From: Eledone cirrhosa
Lineage: Eukaryota
Assembly: GCA_964016885.1 (NCBI GenBank)
Contig: OZ024761.1
Location: 7,192,001 to 7,256,000 of the forward strand
DNA length: 64,000 bases
Reading direction: 5' to 3'
Every line of letters starts with the position of its first letter. Position 1 is the first letter of the stretch. This document shows positions 12,301 to 27,900 of this stretch, piece by piece. Under the pieces are notes generated by a model, which had not been told where the DNA came from, searched no databases, and worked only from the letters and a program-made list of their open reading frames with translations. The translations under genes were made by a program, and so were the position numbers.

Positions 12301-15300
12301 GTGGTTGTGTAGGTGTCATGAGAAAAAGCACCCAGTCCACACTATAAAGTGGTCGTGTAGGTGTCATGAGAAAAAGCACCCAGTCCACATTATAAAGTGG
12401 TCGTGTAGGCGCAACAAAAAGCTCCCAGTACTCACTGTAAATGAGGTTGGTGTTAGGAAGGGCATCCAGCTGTAGAAACCAAGCCAGAATTAGTTTTGTA
12501 TGAGCAAGATATGGTAACATGACCTAACATTGCCCACAACAGGAGAACTTGTCTAACCCATGCTAGCATGGAGAAAAACACCCAGTCCACTCTGTAAGGT
12601 GGTAATGCTGGGGTCACGACAAAAACACCCAGTCCTCCCTGCAAGGTGGTAATGCTGGGGTCACGACAAAAACACCCAGTCGACCCTGTAAGGTGGTAAT
12701 GCTGGGGTCACGACAAAAACACCCAGTCCACCCTGTAAGGTGGTAATGCTGGGGTCACGACAAAAACACCCAGTCCACACTGTAAGGTGGTAGTGCTGGG
12801 GTCACAACAAAAACACCCAGTCCATCCTGTATGGTGGTAATGCTGGGGTCACAACAAAAACACCCAATCCACCCTGTATGGTGGTAATGCTGGGGTCACA
12901 ACAAAAACACCCAATCCACCCTGTATGGTGGTAATGCTGGGGTCACGACAAAAACACCCAGTCCACCTTGTAAGGTGGTAGTGCTGCTGCCATGCAAAAT
13001 GCTCCCAGTACACTCTGTAAAATGGTTGATGTTATGAAAGACCAGCCCAAAACAGAACATATAAGCAGGACATGGTCACCTGATCTGTCTAGCTTTGGAA
13101 CGTGACAATATGTCTAACCAATGCATCGAAAACAGATGTTAACCAGTGATGATGATGATAGTGATGATGATGGTGATGGTGGTGATGGTGATGATGGTGA
13201 TGGTGATGATGATGATGAAGATGGTAATGACAGTGGTGGTGATGGTGGTGGTAATGACAGTGGTGGTGATGATGGTGATGGTGGTGGTGGTGGTGGTGGT
13301 GATGATGATGGTGGTGGTGGTGGTGGTGATGATGGTGGTGGTGATGATGGTGGTGGTGATGATGGTGGTGGTGATGATGGTGGTGGCGATGGTGGTGGTG
13401 GTGGTGGTGGTGGTGATGATGGTGGTGGTGGTGATGATGATGATGGTGGTGGTGGTGATGGTGGTGGTGGTGATGATGGTGGTGGTGATGGTGGTGGTGG
13501 TGATGATGGTGGTGGTGATGGTGGTGGTGGTGATGATGATGGTGGTGGTGGTGATGATGATGGTGGTGGTGGTGATGGTGGTGGTGGTGGTGATGATGAT
13601 GGTGGTGGTGGCGATGATGGTGGTGGTGGTGATGATGATGATGGTGGTGGTGGTGATGGTGGTGGTGGTGATGATGGTGGTGGTGATGGTGGTGGTGGTG
13701 ATGATGGTGGTGGTGATGGTGGTGGTGGTGATGATGATGGTGGTGGTGGTGATGATGATGGTGGTGGTGGTGATGGTGGTGGTGGTGGTGATGATGATGG
13801 TGGTGGTGGCGATGATGGTGATGGTGGTGGTGGTGATGATGATGGTGGTGGTGATGGTGGTGATGGTGGTGGTGGTGATGGTGGTGGTGGTGATGATGAT
13901 GGTGGTGGTGGTGATGATGGTGGTGGTGGTGATGATGATGGTGGTGGTAATGAGTGGTGGTGGTGGTGGTGGTGATGATGGTGATGGTGGTAATGAGTGG
14001 TGGTGGTGGTGGTGGTAATGACAGTGGTGGTGATGATGATGGTGGTGGTGGGTGGTGGTGGTGGTGGTGGTAATGACAGTGGTGGTGATGATGGTGGTGG
14101 TGGTAATGAGTGGTGGTGGTGGTGGTGGTAATGACAGTGGTGGTGATGATGATGGTGGTGGTGGGTGGTGGTGGTGGTGGTGGTAATGACAGTGGTGGTG
14201 ATGATGGTGGTAATGACAGTAGTGGTGGTGGTGATGGTGGTGGTGGTGGTGGTGATGGTAATGACAGTGGTGGTGGTGATGATGGTGGTGGTGATGGTGG
14301 TGGTGGTGGTAATGACAGTGGTGGTGGTGATGATGGTGGTGGTGGTGGTGGTGGTGGTGGTAATGACAGTGGTGGTGGTGATGATGATGGTGGTGGTGGT
14401 GGTGGTAATGACAGTGGTGGTGGTGATGATGGTGGTGGTGGTGGTGGTGGTGGTAATGACAGTGGTGGTGGTGATGATGGTGGTGGTGGTGGTGGTAATG
14501 ACAGTGGTGGTGGTGATGATGGTGGTGGTGGTGGTGGTGGTGGTGGTAATGACAGTGGTGGTGGTGATGATGGTGGTGGTGGTGGTGGTGGTGGTAATGA
14601 CAGTGGTGGTGGTGATGATGGTGGTGGTGGTGGTGGTGGTGGTGGTAATGACAGTGGTGGTGGTGATGATGGTGGTGGTGGTGGTGGTGGTGGTAATGAC
14701 AGTGGTGGTGGTGATGATGGTGGTGGTGGTGGTCGTGGTGGTAATGACAGTGGTGGTGGTGATGATGGTGGTGGTGGTGGTGGTGGTGGTGGTAATGACA
14801 GTGGTGGTGGTGATGATGGTGGTGGTGGTGGTGGTGGTGGTGGTAATGACAGTGGTGGTGGTGATGATGATGGTGGTGGTGGTGGTGGTAATGACAGTGG
14901 TGGTGGTGATGATGGTGGTGGTGGTGGTGGTGGTGGTGGTGGTGGTGGTAATGACAGTGGTGGTGGTGGTGATGGTGGTGGTGGTGGTGGTGGTGGTGGT
15001 GGTAATGACAGTGGGGTGATGATGATGATGATGGTGATGGTGTGGTGATGATGTTGAAGATGGTGGTGATGGTTGCGGAGATGTTGACGATGACAGTGAC
15101 GATAATAATGCTGCTGCTGCTGCTGGTGGTGATGACCCCTAGCAACTGCCAGTTCCCAGCCAGGCTTGTCCTCCACCAATCAAGCATGACATGTTACTTA
15201 CCAGAATCTGTGTAAGCGATGGCGTCCCCAAGATAAATACCAAGAGCATCGTCAATCTTTCGTGCCTACAATAGGGAAGGACCAATATCAGACTGCATCG

Positions 15301-18300
15301 GACACAACAAACAAATAGCATTTTAAGTCGACTAAAGTTTCTTTCCCACACACTGACGCCTCTGTATGTGTGTGTGTGTGTATTTGTGTATGTGTGTATG
15401 TGCATATACATACATTTATAGGTATGAGTATGTAAATATAAACATGCAAACACAAACACACTTACAAAAATACACACACATACATACATTCACACAAATA
15501 CACACACATTCATTCACATAAACACATACATACATTCACACAAATACACATACATTCATTCACATAAACACATACATACATTCACACAAATACACACACA
15601 TTCATTCACATAAACACATACATTCACACAAATACACATACATTCATTCACATAAACACATACATACATTCACACAAATACACACACATTTATTCACATA
15701 AACACATACATACATTCACACAAATACACATACATTCATTCACATAAACACATACATACATTCACACAAATACACATACATTCATTCACATAAACACATA
15801 CATACATTCACACAAATACACATACATTCATTCACATAAACACATACATACATTCACACAAATACACACACATTTATTCACATAAACACATACATACATT
15901 CACACAAATACACATACATTCATTCACATAAACACATACATACATTCACACAAATACACATACATTCATTCACATAAACACATACATACATTCACACAAA
16001 TACACATACATTCATTCACATAAACACATACATACATTCACACAAATACACATACATTCATTCACATAAACACATACATACATTCACACAAATACACACA
16101 CATTTATTCACATAAACACATACATACATTCACACAAATACACATACATTTATTCACATAAACACACATACATTCACACAAATACACACATACATTCACA
16201 CATTTATTCACATAAACACACATACATTCACACAAATACACATACATTCATTCACATAAACACATACATACATTCACACAAATACACATACATTCATTCA
16301 CATAAACACATACATACATTCACACAAATACACATACATTCATTCACATAAACACATACATACATTCACACAAATACACATACATTTATTCACATAAACA
16401 CATACATTCACACACATTTATTCACATAAACACACAGTCTCACAAATACACATACATTCATTCACATAAACACACACACATTCACACAAATACACATACA
16501 TTCATTCACATAAACACATACATACATTCACACAAATACACATACATTCATTCACATAAACACATACATACATTCACACAAATACACATACATTCATTCA
16601 CATAAACACATACATACATTCACACAAATACACATACATTCATTCACATAAACACATACATACATTGACACAAATACACATACATTCATTCACATAAACA
16701 CATACATACATTCACACAAATACACATACATTCATTCACATAAACACACATACATACACACAAATACATACATTCACACAAATACACACACATTCATTCA
16801 CATAAGCACACATACATTTACACAAACACACACATACATTCACACAAATACACATACATTCACACAAACACACATACATTTACACAAATACACACATACA
16901 TTCACACAGGCAGCAGACAAAGAGAGGGCAGTAGTATGAGGTACTCAAACTCCTCTCTCTTTACATGTTGACAGAATCACAGAAATTTATATAGTTTCCC
17001 TCCTAAATGATAGATTAGACTTGTGACCCCCATAAAAAGCCACCACCACCACCACCACCACCACTACCACCATCACAACCACCATTATCACCACCACACC
17101 ACTAGTTACCCCACACACACACTACCACCACTGTCACAACCCTCTCCAAGTCAACCTCCACCACCACCACCACACCCCTACCACCATCACAACCACCACA
17201 CCACTAGTTACCCTCCCCCACTACCACCACCACCGTCACCACCCTCCCCAGATCAACCACCACCACCACCGCCACCACCCTCCCCAGATCCACCACCACC
17301 ACCACCACCCTCCCCAGATCAACCACCACCACCGTCACCACCCTCCCCAGATCTACCACCACCACCGTCACCACCCTCCCCAGATCTACCACCACCACAG
17401 TCACCACCCTCCCCCAGATCCACCACCACCACCACCACTACCACTGTCACCACCCTCCCCAGATCTACCACCACCACTACCACTGTCACCACCCTCCCCC
17501 AGATCAACCACCACCACCACCACCACTACCACTGTCACCACCCTCCCCAGATCCACCACCACCCTCCCCCAGATCAACCACCACCGTCACCACCACTACC
17601 ACCACTGTCACCACCCTCATCAGATCCAGTACCAGGCACAACTGAATGTTTTATCAACAACACCAGATTAACTAAACTTTACAAACCTGTTCAACAGCTT
17701 TAATAAAAACTTCCTTATATTTACTGATCTGGGACTGCAATACATCTGTAAAGATTAAAGAACTAGAAAAGAGAAATTGCACCCAGTACACTCTGTAAAG
17801 TGGTTGGTGTTAGGAAAGGCATCCAACCATAGAAACAGTTATTTAGAAGGTTGAAGCGGATTTTCAGAAGGCATTTAAACCGGCCATATCTGGCCAGATT
17901 TCTCTTACCTATTTCTGTTCAAACCGGCTGTAACCAGCTGCTCATACCTATGTTAAGGTATTGTTTTCAAAATAAATAATATCAAAATCTTGTAAATTTG
18001 TTATTATGTGAGATAATTATGGAAGATAAAGCCTTTGCTGTGAAAATACAATAGTAAATATAGAGTAATCATCATCATCATCATTTTACGTCTGCTTTTC
18101 CCTGCTTGCAAGAGTGGGACAGGAACTGATTCTGGCTCGATTTCTACAGCTGGATGCCCTTCCTAACACCAACCTCATTTACAGTGAGTGCTGGGTGCTT
18201 TTTTTCTGTGGCACCTCCACGACCACTTTACAGTGACAGCTGGGTGCTTTTTTGCCGTGGCACCTCCACGACCACTTTGCAGTGGAATGATATGGACCCC

Positions 18301-21300
18301 GGTCCCTATCATCTCATTTTTACAGCTGAGTAAACTGGAGCAATGTGAAGTAAAGTGTCTTGCTCAAGGACACAACACATTACCCAGTCTGAGAATTGAA
18401 CACACAACCTTTCGATTGCAAAGCCAATCGAAAGGTTGTGAGTTCAATTCTCAGACCGGGTGATGTGTTGTTTATAACGTAGATATTATGTCAGATAATT
18501 ATCTAAGGTAAAGCCTTTACCATGAAAATACAATAGTAAATATAGAGTAATGTAGATATTATGTCAGATAATTATCTAAGGTAAAGCCTTTACCATGAAA
18601 ATACAATAGTAAATATAGAGTAATGTAGATATTATGTCAGATAATTATCTAAGGTAAAGCCTTTACCATGAAAATACAATAGTAAATATAGAGTAATGTA
18701 GATATTATGTCAGATAATTATCTAAGGTAAAGCCTTTACCATGAAAATACAATAGTAAATATAGAGTAATGTAGATATTATGTCAGATAATTATCTAAGG
18801 TAAAGCCTTTACCATGAAAATACAATAGTAAATATAGAGTAATGTAGATATTATGTCAGATAATTATCTAAGGTAAAGCCTTTACCATGAAAATACAATA
18901 GTAAATATAGAGTAATGTAGATATTATGTCAGATAATTATCTAAGGTAAAGCCTTTACCATGAAAATACAATAGTAAATATAGAGTAATGTAGATATTAT
19001 GTCAGATAATTATCTAAGGTAAAGCCTTTACCATGAAAATACAATAATAAATATAGAGTAATGTAGATATTATGTCAGATAATTATCTAAGGTAAAGCCT
19101 TTACCATGAAAATACAATAGTAAATATAGAGTAATGTAGATATTGTCAGATAATTATCTAAGGTAAAGCCTTTACCATGAAAATACAATAATAAATATAG
19201 AGTAATGTAGATATTATGTCAGATAATTATCTAAGGTAAAGCCTTTACCATGAAAATACAATAGTAAATATAGAGTAATGTAGATATTATGTCAGATAAT
19301 TATCTAAGGTAAAGCCTTTACCATGAAAATACAATAATAAATATAGAGTAATGTAGATATTATGTCAGATAATTATCTAAGGTAAAGCCTTTACCATGAA
19401 AATACAATAATAAATATAGAGTAATGTAGATATTATGTCAGATAATTATCTAAGGTAAAGCCTTTACCATAAAAATACAATAGTAAATATAGAGTAATGT
19501 AAATGCTAAAGGGTAAGTCTGATTTTTCCCAATATATTATTGGGATTAGCGCTTTCTAGATGCAATACCTTCACATGTTAATGAAACATCTGTAAATGTT
19601 ATACAATAAATGCCTATCCTCTTGTACAGTGAATGGTGTACTTGTGTAGCACATTGTCTAATTATATATTAGTTGATTAATATTACATAGTGGTGAAAAA
19701 ACACAATTATATATATATATAAATAACATTAATAAAGATGCTGATGTTTACATAAATCGTTTATTCATTATCATCATCATTTCATTTTACATCCACTTTT
19801 CCCTGCTTGCAAGGGTGGGACGGGAACTGATTCTGGCTTGATTTCTACAGCTGGATGCCCTTCCTAATACCAACCTCATTTACAGTGAGTGCTGGGTGCT
19901 TTTTTGCCGTGGCACCTCCACGACCACTTTGCAGTGGAATGATATAGACCCCAGTCCCTATCATCTCATTTCTACAGCTGAGTAAACTGGAGCAATGTGA
20001 AATAAAGTGTCTTGCTCAAGGAAACAACACATCACCCGGTCTGAGAATTGAACTCACAACCTTTCGATTGCAAGGCCAATGCTCTAACCACTGAGCCATG
20101 TGCCTCCATTCATTATAATTATCTGAATGGTTCTCCCATGCAATCAAGATGTAATTCATGCATTTGTTGTTGTTATGAGAATGGTATCCTCAGATGAAAT
20201 CAGATTTAGTGATATGCTGCCAGAAGGAAAAAAACACACGTCCTATTGCTCGTGTGCCCAGCAGACATACGAGTTCCTGAAAGGGTCTCCCAGCTGTCAA
20301 CTAGCGAAATCAGGATTTATGCATCCTCCACGGAATTGAGGTCGTAAATCAGTAGAAAGGTAACCCCTCAAATATGCTGCGTTGATCTGTATCAAATGAT
20401 AGTCTATGTGTAGCTAGAACCCAATAGATAGTGGAAGCAATAAATGGAAGTCTGAGGGAGGGGTATATATTTGGTTGACAACAACAACGACAACAACAGC
20501 AAACACATACATATATAACAGCAACATCACAACTTACAATTAAGGACAAAATGAAAACACACACACGCACATAGAACAAACAACCAACCATGTAAATAAA
20601 CATGTAAATAAACAAATAAATAAACAAATATAAACACACACAGACACCTGGATGTAACACATGTGCAAACTAAGCACACAACACACACAAAAGCAAGATG
20701 GCGTAGGACAGAACAAAGGAGAGGCACAAAAACAAAGAAAAGAATCCCCAGTCACTGAAGAGGTCACAGAATGTGTGACGAAAGAACTTTGACAATATAT
20801 AAACAATCATCTGGTTGTGGAACCAACCAACCAACTGGAAATTTATAAATTCCTAAATTTATAAATTTATTATAATAAATTGAAGTGAAAGTAACTGGTG
20901 CGTGTGTTTCTTATTGGCAACATGACCCTCCCAAAGTATAACAATATATATATATATGTATATATATATATAAATGTAATCTGAGTTTTTCGAATATTAA
21001 TAATAACATTTGATTCATTTGCAATTATGCAAACAAGCCTCAATTTTATAGCCATGTCAGTAGAATGAACCCTTCATTCTTGCTCTTGTGTTGGCATGTG
21101 AACAGAACTGCAGTTGAGGCTTGTTTGCATAATTGCAAAGGAATCGAATGTTGTGGATTGGCAGTATCGGTAGAGGGTCGGACGCCATGCTTTCCAGCAT
21201 AGTTACTGGGTCGGACGCCATGCTTTCCAGCATAGTTACAGGGTCGGACGCCATGCTTTCCAGCATAGTTACTGGGTCGGACGCCATGCTTTCCAGCATA

Positions 21301-24300
21301 GTTACTGGGTCGGACGCCATGCTTTCCAGCATAGTTACAGGGTCGGACGCCATGCTTTCCAGCATAGTTACAGGGTCGGACGCCATGCTTTCCAGCATAG
21401 TTACAGGGTCGGACGCCATGCTTTCCAGCATAGTTACAGGGTCGGACGCCATGCTTTCCAGCATAGTTACAGGGTCGGACGCCATGCTTTCCAGCATAGT
21501 TACAGGGTCGGACGCCATGCTTTCCAGCACAGTTACTGGGTCAGACGCCATGCTTTCCAGCACAGTTACAGGGTCGGACGCCATGCTTTCCAGCATAGTT
21601 ACAGGGTCGGACGCCATGCTTTCCAGCATAGTTACAGGGTCGGACGCCATGCTTTCCAGCATAGTTACAGGGTCGGACGCCATGGTTTCCAGCATAGTTA
21701 CAGGGTCGGACGCCATGCTTTCCAGCATAGTTACAGGGTCGGACACCATGCTTTCCAGCATAGTTACGTCCCTTTACGATCTGAGTTCAAATCCCGCCGA
21801 GGTTGACTTTGCCTTTCATACTTACAGGGTCGATAAAATAAAGTACCAGTAATGCACTGGGTTATTACTGGCCTTGTGCCTAAAGTAGAAACAATTATTA
21901 ATATTCAAAAAACTCAGATAACATTTATTGTATTCAGCCATGTAGAATGAACATTTTCTTTTTTATATATGTATATATATTAATTCTTTTCCTTCTGGTA
22001 TTCATTGTTGTTGTTATCGATACCTACCAAATCCCACCCCAAACCTCCCCTCCCCAGTGCCAAATCTCCCCAATTCCTAAAATTTTGATTCTTATTTTAG
22101 GCACAAATACACAAATTTGAGGGAGACGAGTAAAGTTGAATAAATCAGCCCCAGTACATTGCTGGTACTATATTTTATTGAACCCGGGCAACATGGAATG
22201 CAAAGTCAACGTTAGTGATATTTAAACTCAGAATGTAAAGAACCAGAACCACTGCCATTTTCTCTGATGCTCTACCAATTTTGTCTACTACCTTCATATA
22301 TAATAGTAGTTTCTTCTTTTGGCACAAGGCCAGCAATAACCCCCAGGGCATTACTGGTGCTTTATTTTATCAACCCCGTGAGGATGAAAGGCAAAGTTAA
22401 CCTAGGTGGGATTTAACTCAGAACCTAAAGGGCCATAACTCTATGCTGCCCAGCATGGTGTCTGATGCTCTACCGATACTGCCAATCCACCACTTCATAT
22501 ATAATAACAGCAGAAATATTACCTTCTTTACGTTTCTGACCTTCGCAAACCCTGCAAGAGAGAAAGAAATTATTGTGTTACCATATGTTGTAGAGTTGTG
22601 TTGTGTTGTGTACACTGTTGTTAGTGTTGTGTGTTGTGTACACTGTTGTTAGTGTTGTGTTGTGTACACTGTTGTTAGTGTTGTGTGTTGTGTACACTGT
22701 TGTTAGTGTTGTGTTGTGTACACTGTTGTTAGTGTTGTGTACACTGTTGTTAGTGTTGTAGAGTTGTGTTGTGTAGTTGTTAGTGTTGTGTACACTGTTG
22801 TTAGTGTTGTGTGCTGTGTACACTGTTGTTAGTGTTGTAGAGTTGTGTTGTGTAGTTGTTAGTTTTGTGTACACTATTGTTAGTGTTGTGTGTTGTGTAC
22901 ACTGTTGTTAGTGTTGTAGAGTTGTGTTGTGTAGTTGTTAGTGTTGTGTACACTGTTGTTAGTGTTGTGTGTTGTGTACACTGTTGTTAGTGTTGTAGAG
23001 TTGTGTTGTGTAGTTGTTAGTGTTGTGTACACTGTTGTTAGTGTTGTGTTGTGTACACTGTTGTTAGTGTTGTGTTGTGTAGTTGTTAGTGTTGTGTACA
23101 CTGTTGTTAGTGTTGTGTTGTGCATTGTGTACACTGTTGTTAGTGTTATGTGTTGTGTACACTGTTGTTAGTGTTGTGTTGTGTACACTGTTGTTAGTGT
23201 TGTGTGTTGTGTACACTGTTGTTAGTGTTGTGTTGTTGTTAGTGTTGTGTACACTGTTGTTAGTGTTGTGTACACTGCTGTTTGTGTGTTGTGTTGTTGT
23301 TAGTGTTGTGTACACTGTTGTTAGTGTTGTGTACACTGCTGTTTGTGTGTTGTGTTGTTGTGTACACTGTTGTTAGTGTTGTGTTGTGTACACTGTTGTT
23401 ACTGTTGTGTTGTGTACACTGCTGTTTGTGTGTTGTGTTGTGTGTTGTGTACACTGTTGTTAGTGTTGTGTGTTTTGTTATGTTGTGTACACTGTTGTTA
23501 GTGTTGTGTTACAATGTAGTGGTGGTGGTGGTAGGTGGTGATGGTGGTGGTGGTGGTGGTGTAGATGGTGGTGGTGGTGGAGATGGTGGTGGTGTAGATG
23601 GTGGTGGAGATGGTGGTGGTGGTAGTGGAGATGGTGGTGGTGGTAGTGGAGATGGTGGTGGTGGTAGTGAAGATGAGTGTGATGATGATGATGATGGAGA
23701 AAGCCCTTCAAAAACAAAGAAATGACTTACTTCTTCAAATCTGCTTCAAGTTCTGCACGTAGGTGAGGTTTTGACATAGCAAAGCCCATAGCATCATAAC
23801 CTATTTAATAGAATGTTACAGTAATTATATATACTAGCAGAAAAACCATCCTTCGGGTGGTTTTCTGCTAGTATGTGTAGCGTGTATATTGATATTATAC
23901 ACAAATATATACCGCCCCTTTCAATGTAAAGTTATGTTGGTGCCACAACATCCAGGCCGAAACAAATGAGATCGTGTAGGTGTCACGACAAAAAAAAACA
24001 CACAGTCCACGCTGTAATGTGGCCGTGTAGGCAACACGGTAAAAACCTCCCAGTCCCACACTGTAAATGTGGTTGGTGTTAGGAAGGGCATCCAGCTGTA
24101 GAAAACCCGCCAGACAATCCACGCTGTAATGTGGCCGTGTAGGCAACACGGTAAAAACCTCCCAGCCCCACACTGTAAATGTGGTTGGTGTTAGGAAGGG
24201 CATCCAGCTGTAGAAAACCCGCCAGACAGTCCTATGCGAGCAAGACAACCACTCTTGCCTCAAGTGGGAAAACTCCCATCCAAACCCATGCAAGCGTGGA

Positions 24301-24936
24301 ACATGGATGGACGTTAAACGATGATGATGATGATGATGATATATGCATGTAAATAAAATCGTAATTGACAATATACACTGTCTTCTGTAATCAATGATAC
24401 ATTTAAAAAAAGACATTATATATAAACTGCATTAGGAGAAAATTAGCGACGGAAATATATGCGATTATAAGTGTTATAATATAATTGTTTCTACTTTTGG
24501 CACAAGGCCAGCAATTACCCAGTGTATTACTGGTACTTTATTTTATCGACCCCGTAAGGATGAAAGGCAAAGGTAACCTCGGCGGGATTTGAACTCAGAA
24601 TGGAAAGGGCCGTAACTCATTGCCTCAAAGCATGGCGTCCTACCCTCTACCGATACTGCCAATCCACCACCAATCAAGGTGCTATAATATAACGGCCGCT
24701 AACCGGAAGTGTTGACATTTGACAATTTTAAAGAAGTAAATCTTTAAATAAGCTATAAAATATATTTAATCAACAACCACGAAATTTAGTAGAAAAATTA
24801 TGTAATATTCATTCATTATTTATCCCGCCGAGGTTAACTTTGCCTTTCATCCTTACGGGGGTCGATAAAATAAAGTACCAGTAATGTACTGGGTAATTGC
24901 TGGCCTTGTGCCGAAAGTAGAAACAATTATTATTAT

Positions 24937-24970
<34 letters not shown>

Positions 24971-27900
24971 TTGGGCTGAGTGCTTTTTTGCCGTGGCACC
25001 TACACGACCACTTTGCAGTGGAATGATAGGGACCCCAGTCCCTATCATCTCATTTCTACAGCTGAGTGAACTGGAGCAATGTGAAATAAAGTGCCTTGCT
25101 CAAGGAAACAACACATCACCCGGTCTGAGAATTGAACTCACAACCTTTCGATTGCAAGGCCAATGCTCTAACCACTAAGCCATGTGCCTCCATATATATA
25201 TATATCATCATCAACTGGGTAATTGCTGGCCTTGTGCCAAAGGTAGAAACAATTATTGTTTAAAGTCCATCTTCCACTCTAGTATGGGTAGGGCGGGCTG
25301 TCCCTTTGTGAGATATCGGGTAGGAGGACCGTGATTCGCTCACACAGAATGCAGGCACATGGCTTAGTGGTTAGAGCATTGGCCTTGCAATCGAAAGGTT
25401 GTGAGTTCAATTCTCAGACCGGGTGATGTGTTGTTTCCTTGAGCAAGACACTTTATTTCACATTGCTCCAGTTTACTCAGCTGTAGAAATGAGATGATAG
25501 GGACTGGGGTCCCTATCATTCCACTGTAAAGTGGTCGTGGAGGTGCCACGGCAAAAAAAGCACCCAGCCCACAAGGTAAAGTGGATGTGTAGGCGCCACA
25601 AAAGAAAAAAGCACCCAGCACTCACTGTAAATGAGGTTGGTGTTAGGAAGGGCATCCAGCTGTAGAAATCAAGCCAGAATCAGTTCCCGTATGAGCAAGA
25701 CAAGGCCAGCCGACCGACCTCTGCCCACAACAGGACAACCCGTCTAACCCATGCTAGCGTGGAAGAATGGACGTAAAACGGTGATGATGATGATGATGAT
25801 GAGAACTGATTTTGGCTTGGTGTCTGCAGCTGAATGCCCTTCCTAACACCAACCACTTTACAGCCACAACCTAAGAGCCGAGCCCACGGCTCTTAGGTTG
25901 TTGCTCCAGAGAGGGTGGAATCACTTTATGGAGAGGGTTGGGAACTTGGGAGGGGTGGGGAAGATGCATGTAGAAATTGGGGATGTAGGTATAGGGATGG
26001 AATGATTGCGAGGGAGGTTTATGTAAGAGGAGATCGTACGGGAAGGTGTCGCCACCTAGATATATGTCACAGCTTGGGAATATAAGAAGGTGGATCTTCT
26101 GTAATACTTCATGGCATCGCTTTAGTGAGGTGTAATTGAGTAAGGTCAGCATTCATTACCTCATCCCAAATCTTCCTAGGGCTTCCCTCTACCGTCAACT
26201 TTGAGCACTCTGTACCCTTTTATACAGCTGTCATCCTGTATACGTTGAAACATTGAGGCTTCATTATCGGTAGAAGGTCGGACGCCATGCATTGGCACAT
26301 AGTTACAGCCCTTGCCATTCTGAGTTCCAATCCCGCCGAGGTTAACTTTGCCATTCATCCTTACGGGGTTGATAAAATAAAGTACCAGTAATGCACTGGG
26401 TAATTGCTGGCCTTGTGCCAATAGTAGAAACAATTATTTCTTTCCAATTTTCACAGATCCTCTGCACACAGTGCCCAGGTCTCGCTGCTGTGCAACATAG
26501 ATCTTTGTATACATATATATATATTTTAAAGAGATAAAGTCAGTGTTGCAGCATATGTACAAACTTTGTGTGTATATGTATATGTATGTATAGTGTACGT
26601 ATATAAACATAATAATATAGGAGCAGATAAAGGCAATAAAATAGGAGCAGATAAAGGCAATAAAAAAATGCTGTTACAGATAAATTTAAAAAAATGCTGT
26701 TACAGATAAATTAAGAACAGTGAGAAAACATATATCATAAATAGTTAATAAAATTAATAAGAGAAAGCATGCAATTCAAATATAAATTTAAAATTATATC
26801 TCCAAAAAATATTTTTAAAAACATATTTTAAAATATATTTAAAATATATTTTAAAATATATTTTAGAAATACAGGAGCTAGACATAGAAAGGATCAGATA
26901 TTGTAGAGATTGGGGTAGAGACAGGAACTAGACATAGACAGGATCAGATATTGGCAGCAGAGATATATATAATAGAGAGAAGCGACAATGTAAACTTAAA
27001 ATACCTTCAACAAGTCCCATTCCTAAATGTCCTGGAACAAACTTGCCATCATCTCTCACTCCAACGTAGTTTCTACTTTTGATAGTTTCAATATGTTCTG
27101 CATGAGTGGCATCAGTACCTGGATAAGAGGACACATACACATTGAGCACATATACACAGTATATGTATATATGTAATATATACTAAGAGGAATAAGAGGG
27201 ATCAGATGCTGTTGAGAGAAGACTACGTTGGTATGGCCATGTGGTGCGCATGAAAGACGACAGCTGTATAAAAAAGTGCAGGGCGATCAAAATAGATGGA
27301 AGCTACGGAATAGGTAGACCCAGAAAAACCTGGGACGATCTGATAAATTCCGACCTTACGCACTTACACCTCTCTAAGACAATGTCACTGGACCGAGATC
27401 TTTGGCGCTACGCAGTAATACAGAAGACCCGCCTTGCCTAAGTACAAAGCGAAACCTACAGTCAGTAGGCACCTCTTAACCAAATATACACCCCAATCCA
27501 CTACCCCTACCCTATCCTCCCACTCCAACCAACTCCACCCTCTCTCTGTAAAGTTGGTACCACAACATCCAGTCCAAATAAATGAGATAATGAGATCGAG
27601 ATCGTGTAGGTGTCACGAGAAAAAACACACACAGTCCACGCTGTAATGTGGTCGTGTAGGTAACACGGTAAAAAGTTCCCAGTTCCACACTGTAAATGTG
27701 GTTGGTGTTAGGAAGGGCATCCAGCCGTAGAAAACCTGCCAGTCAGTCCTATATGAGCGAGACACGGTCACCCGACCAACCTTGCTTCAAGTGGGACAAC
27801 TCCCGTCTAACCCATGCTAGCGTTGAAAATGGACGTTAAACGAAGATGATGATGATGATGATGATTGCGGTGGTAATGATGTCCCGGTTTCCACATTTGA

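Noticed and set aside
13089-15187. Long poly-Pro/His/Gly/Val ORFs (also near 1391-2174, 17023, 47141)
   Set aside because: Translations of trinucleotide tracts that are open in several frames; intronic
19560-20380. Alternative candidates for the CEG exon (TCEGI near 19570, IFEGL near 20370)
   Set aside because: Splice signals, phase or stops do not fit; 22523-22551 fits both phases and the expected peptide
25354-25425. SINE heads as tRNA genes
   Set aside because: A and B boxes are present but I see no complete cloverleaf, and they continue into SINE bodies
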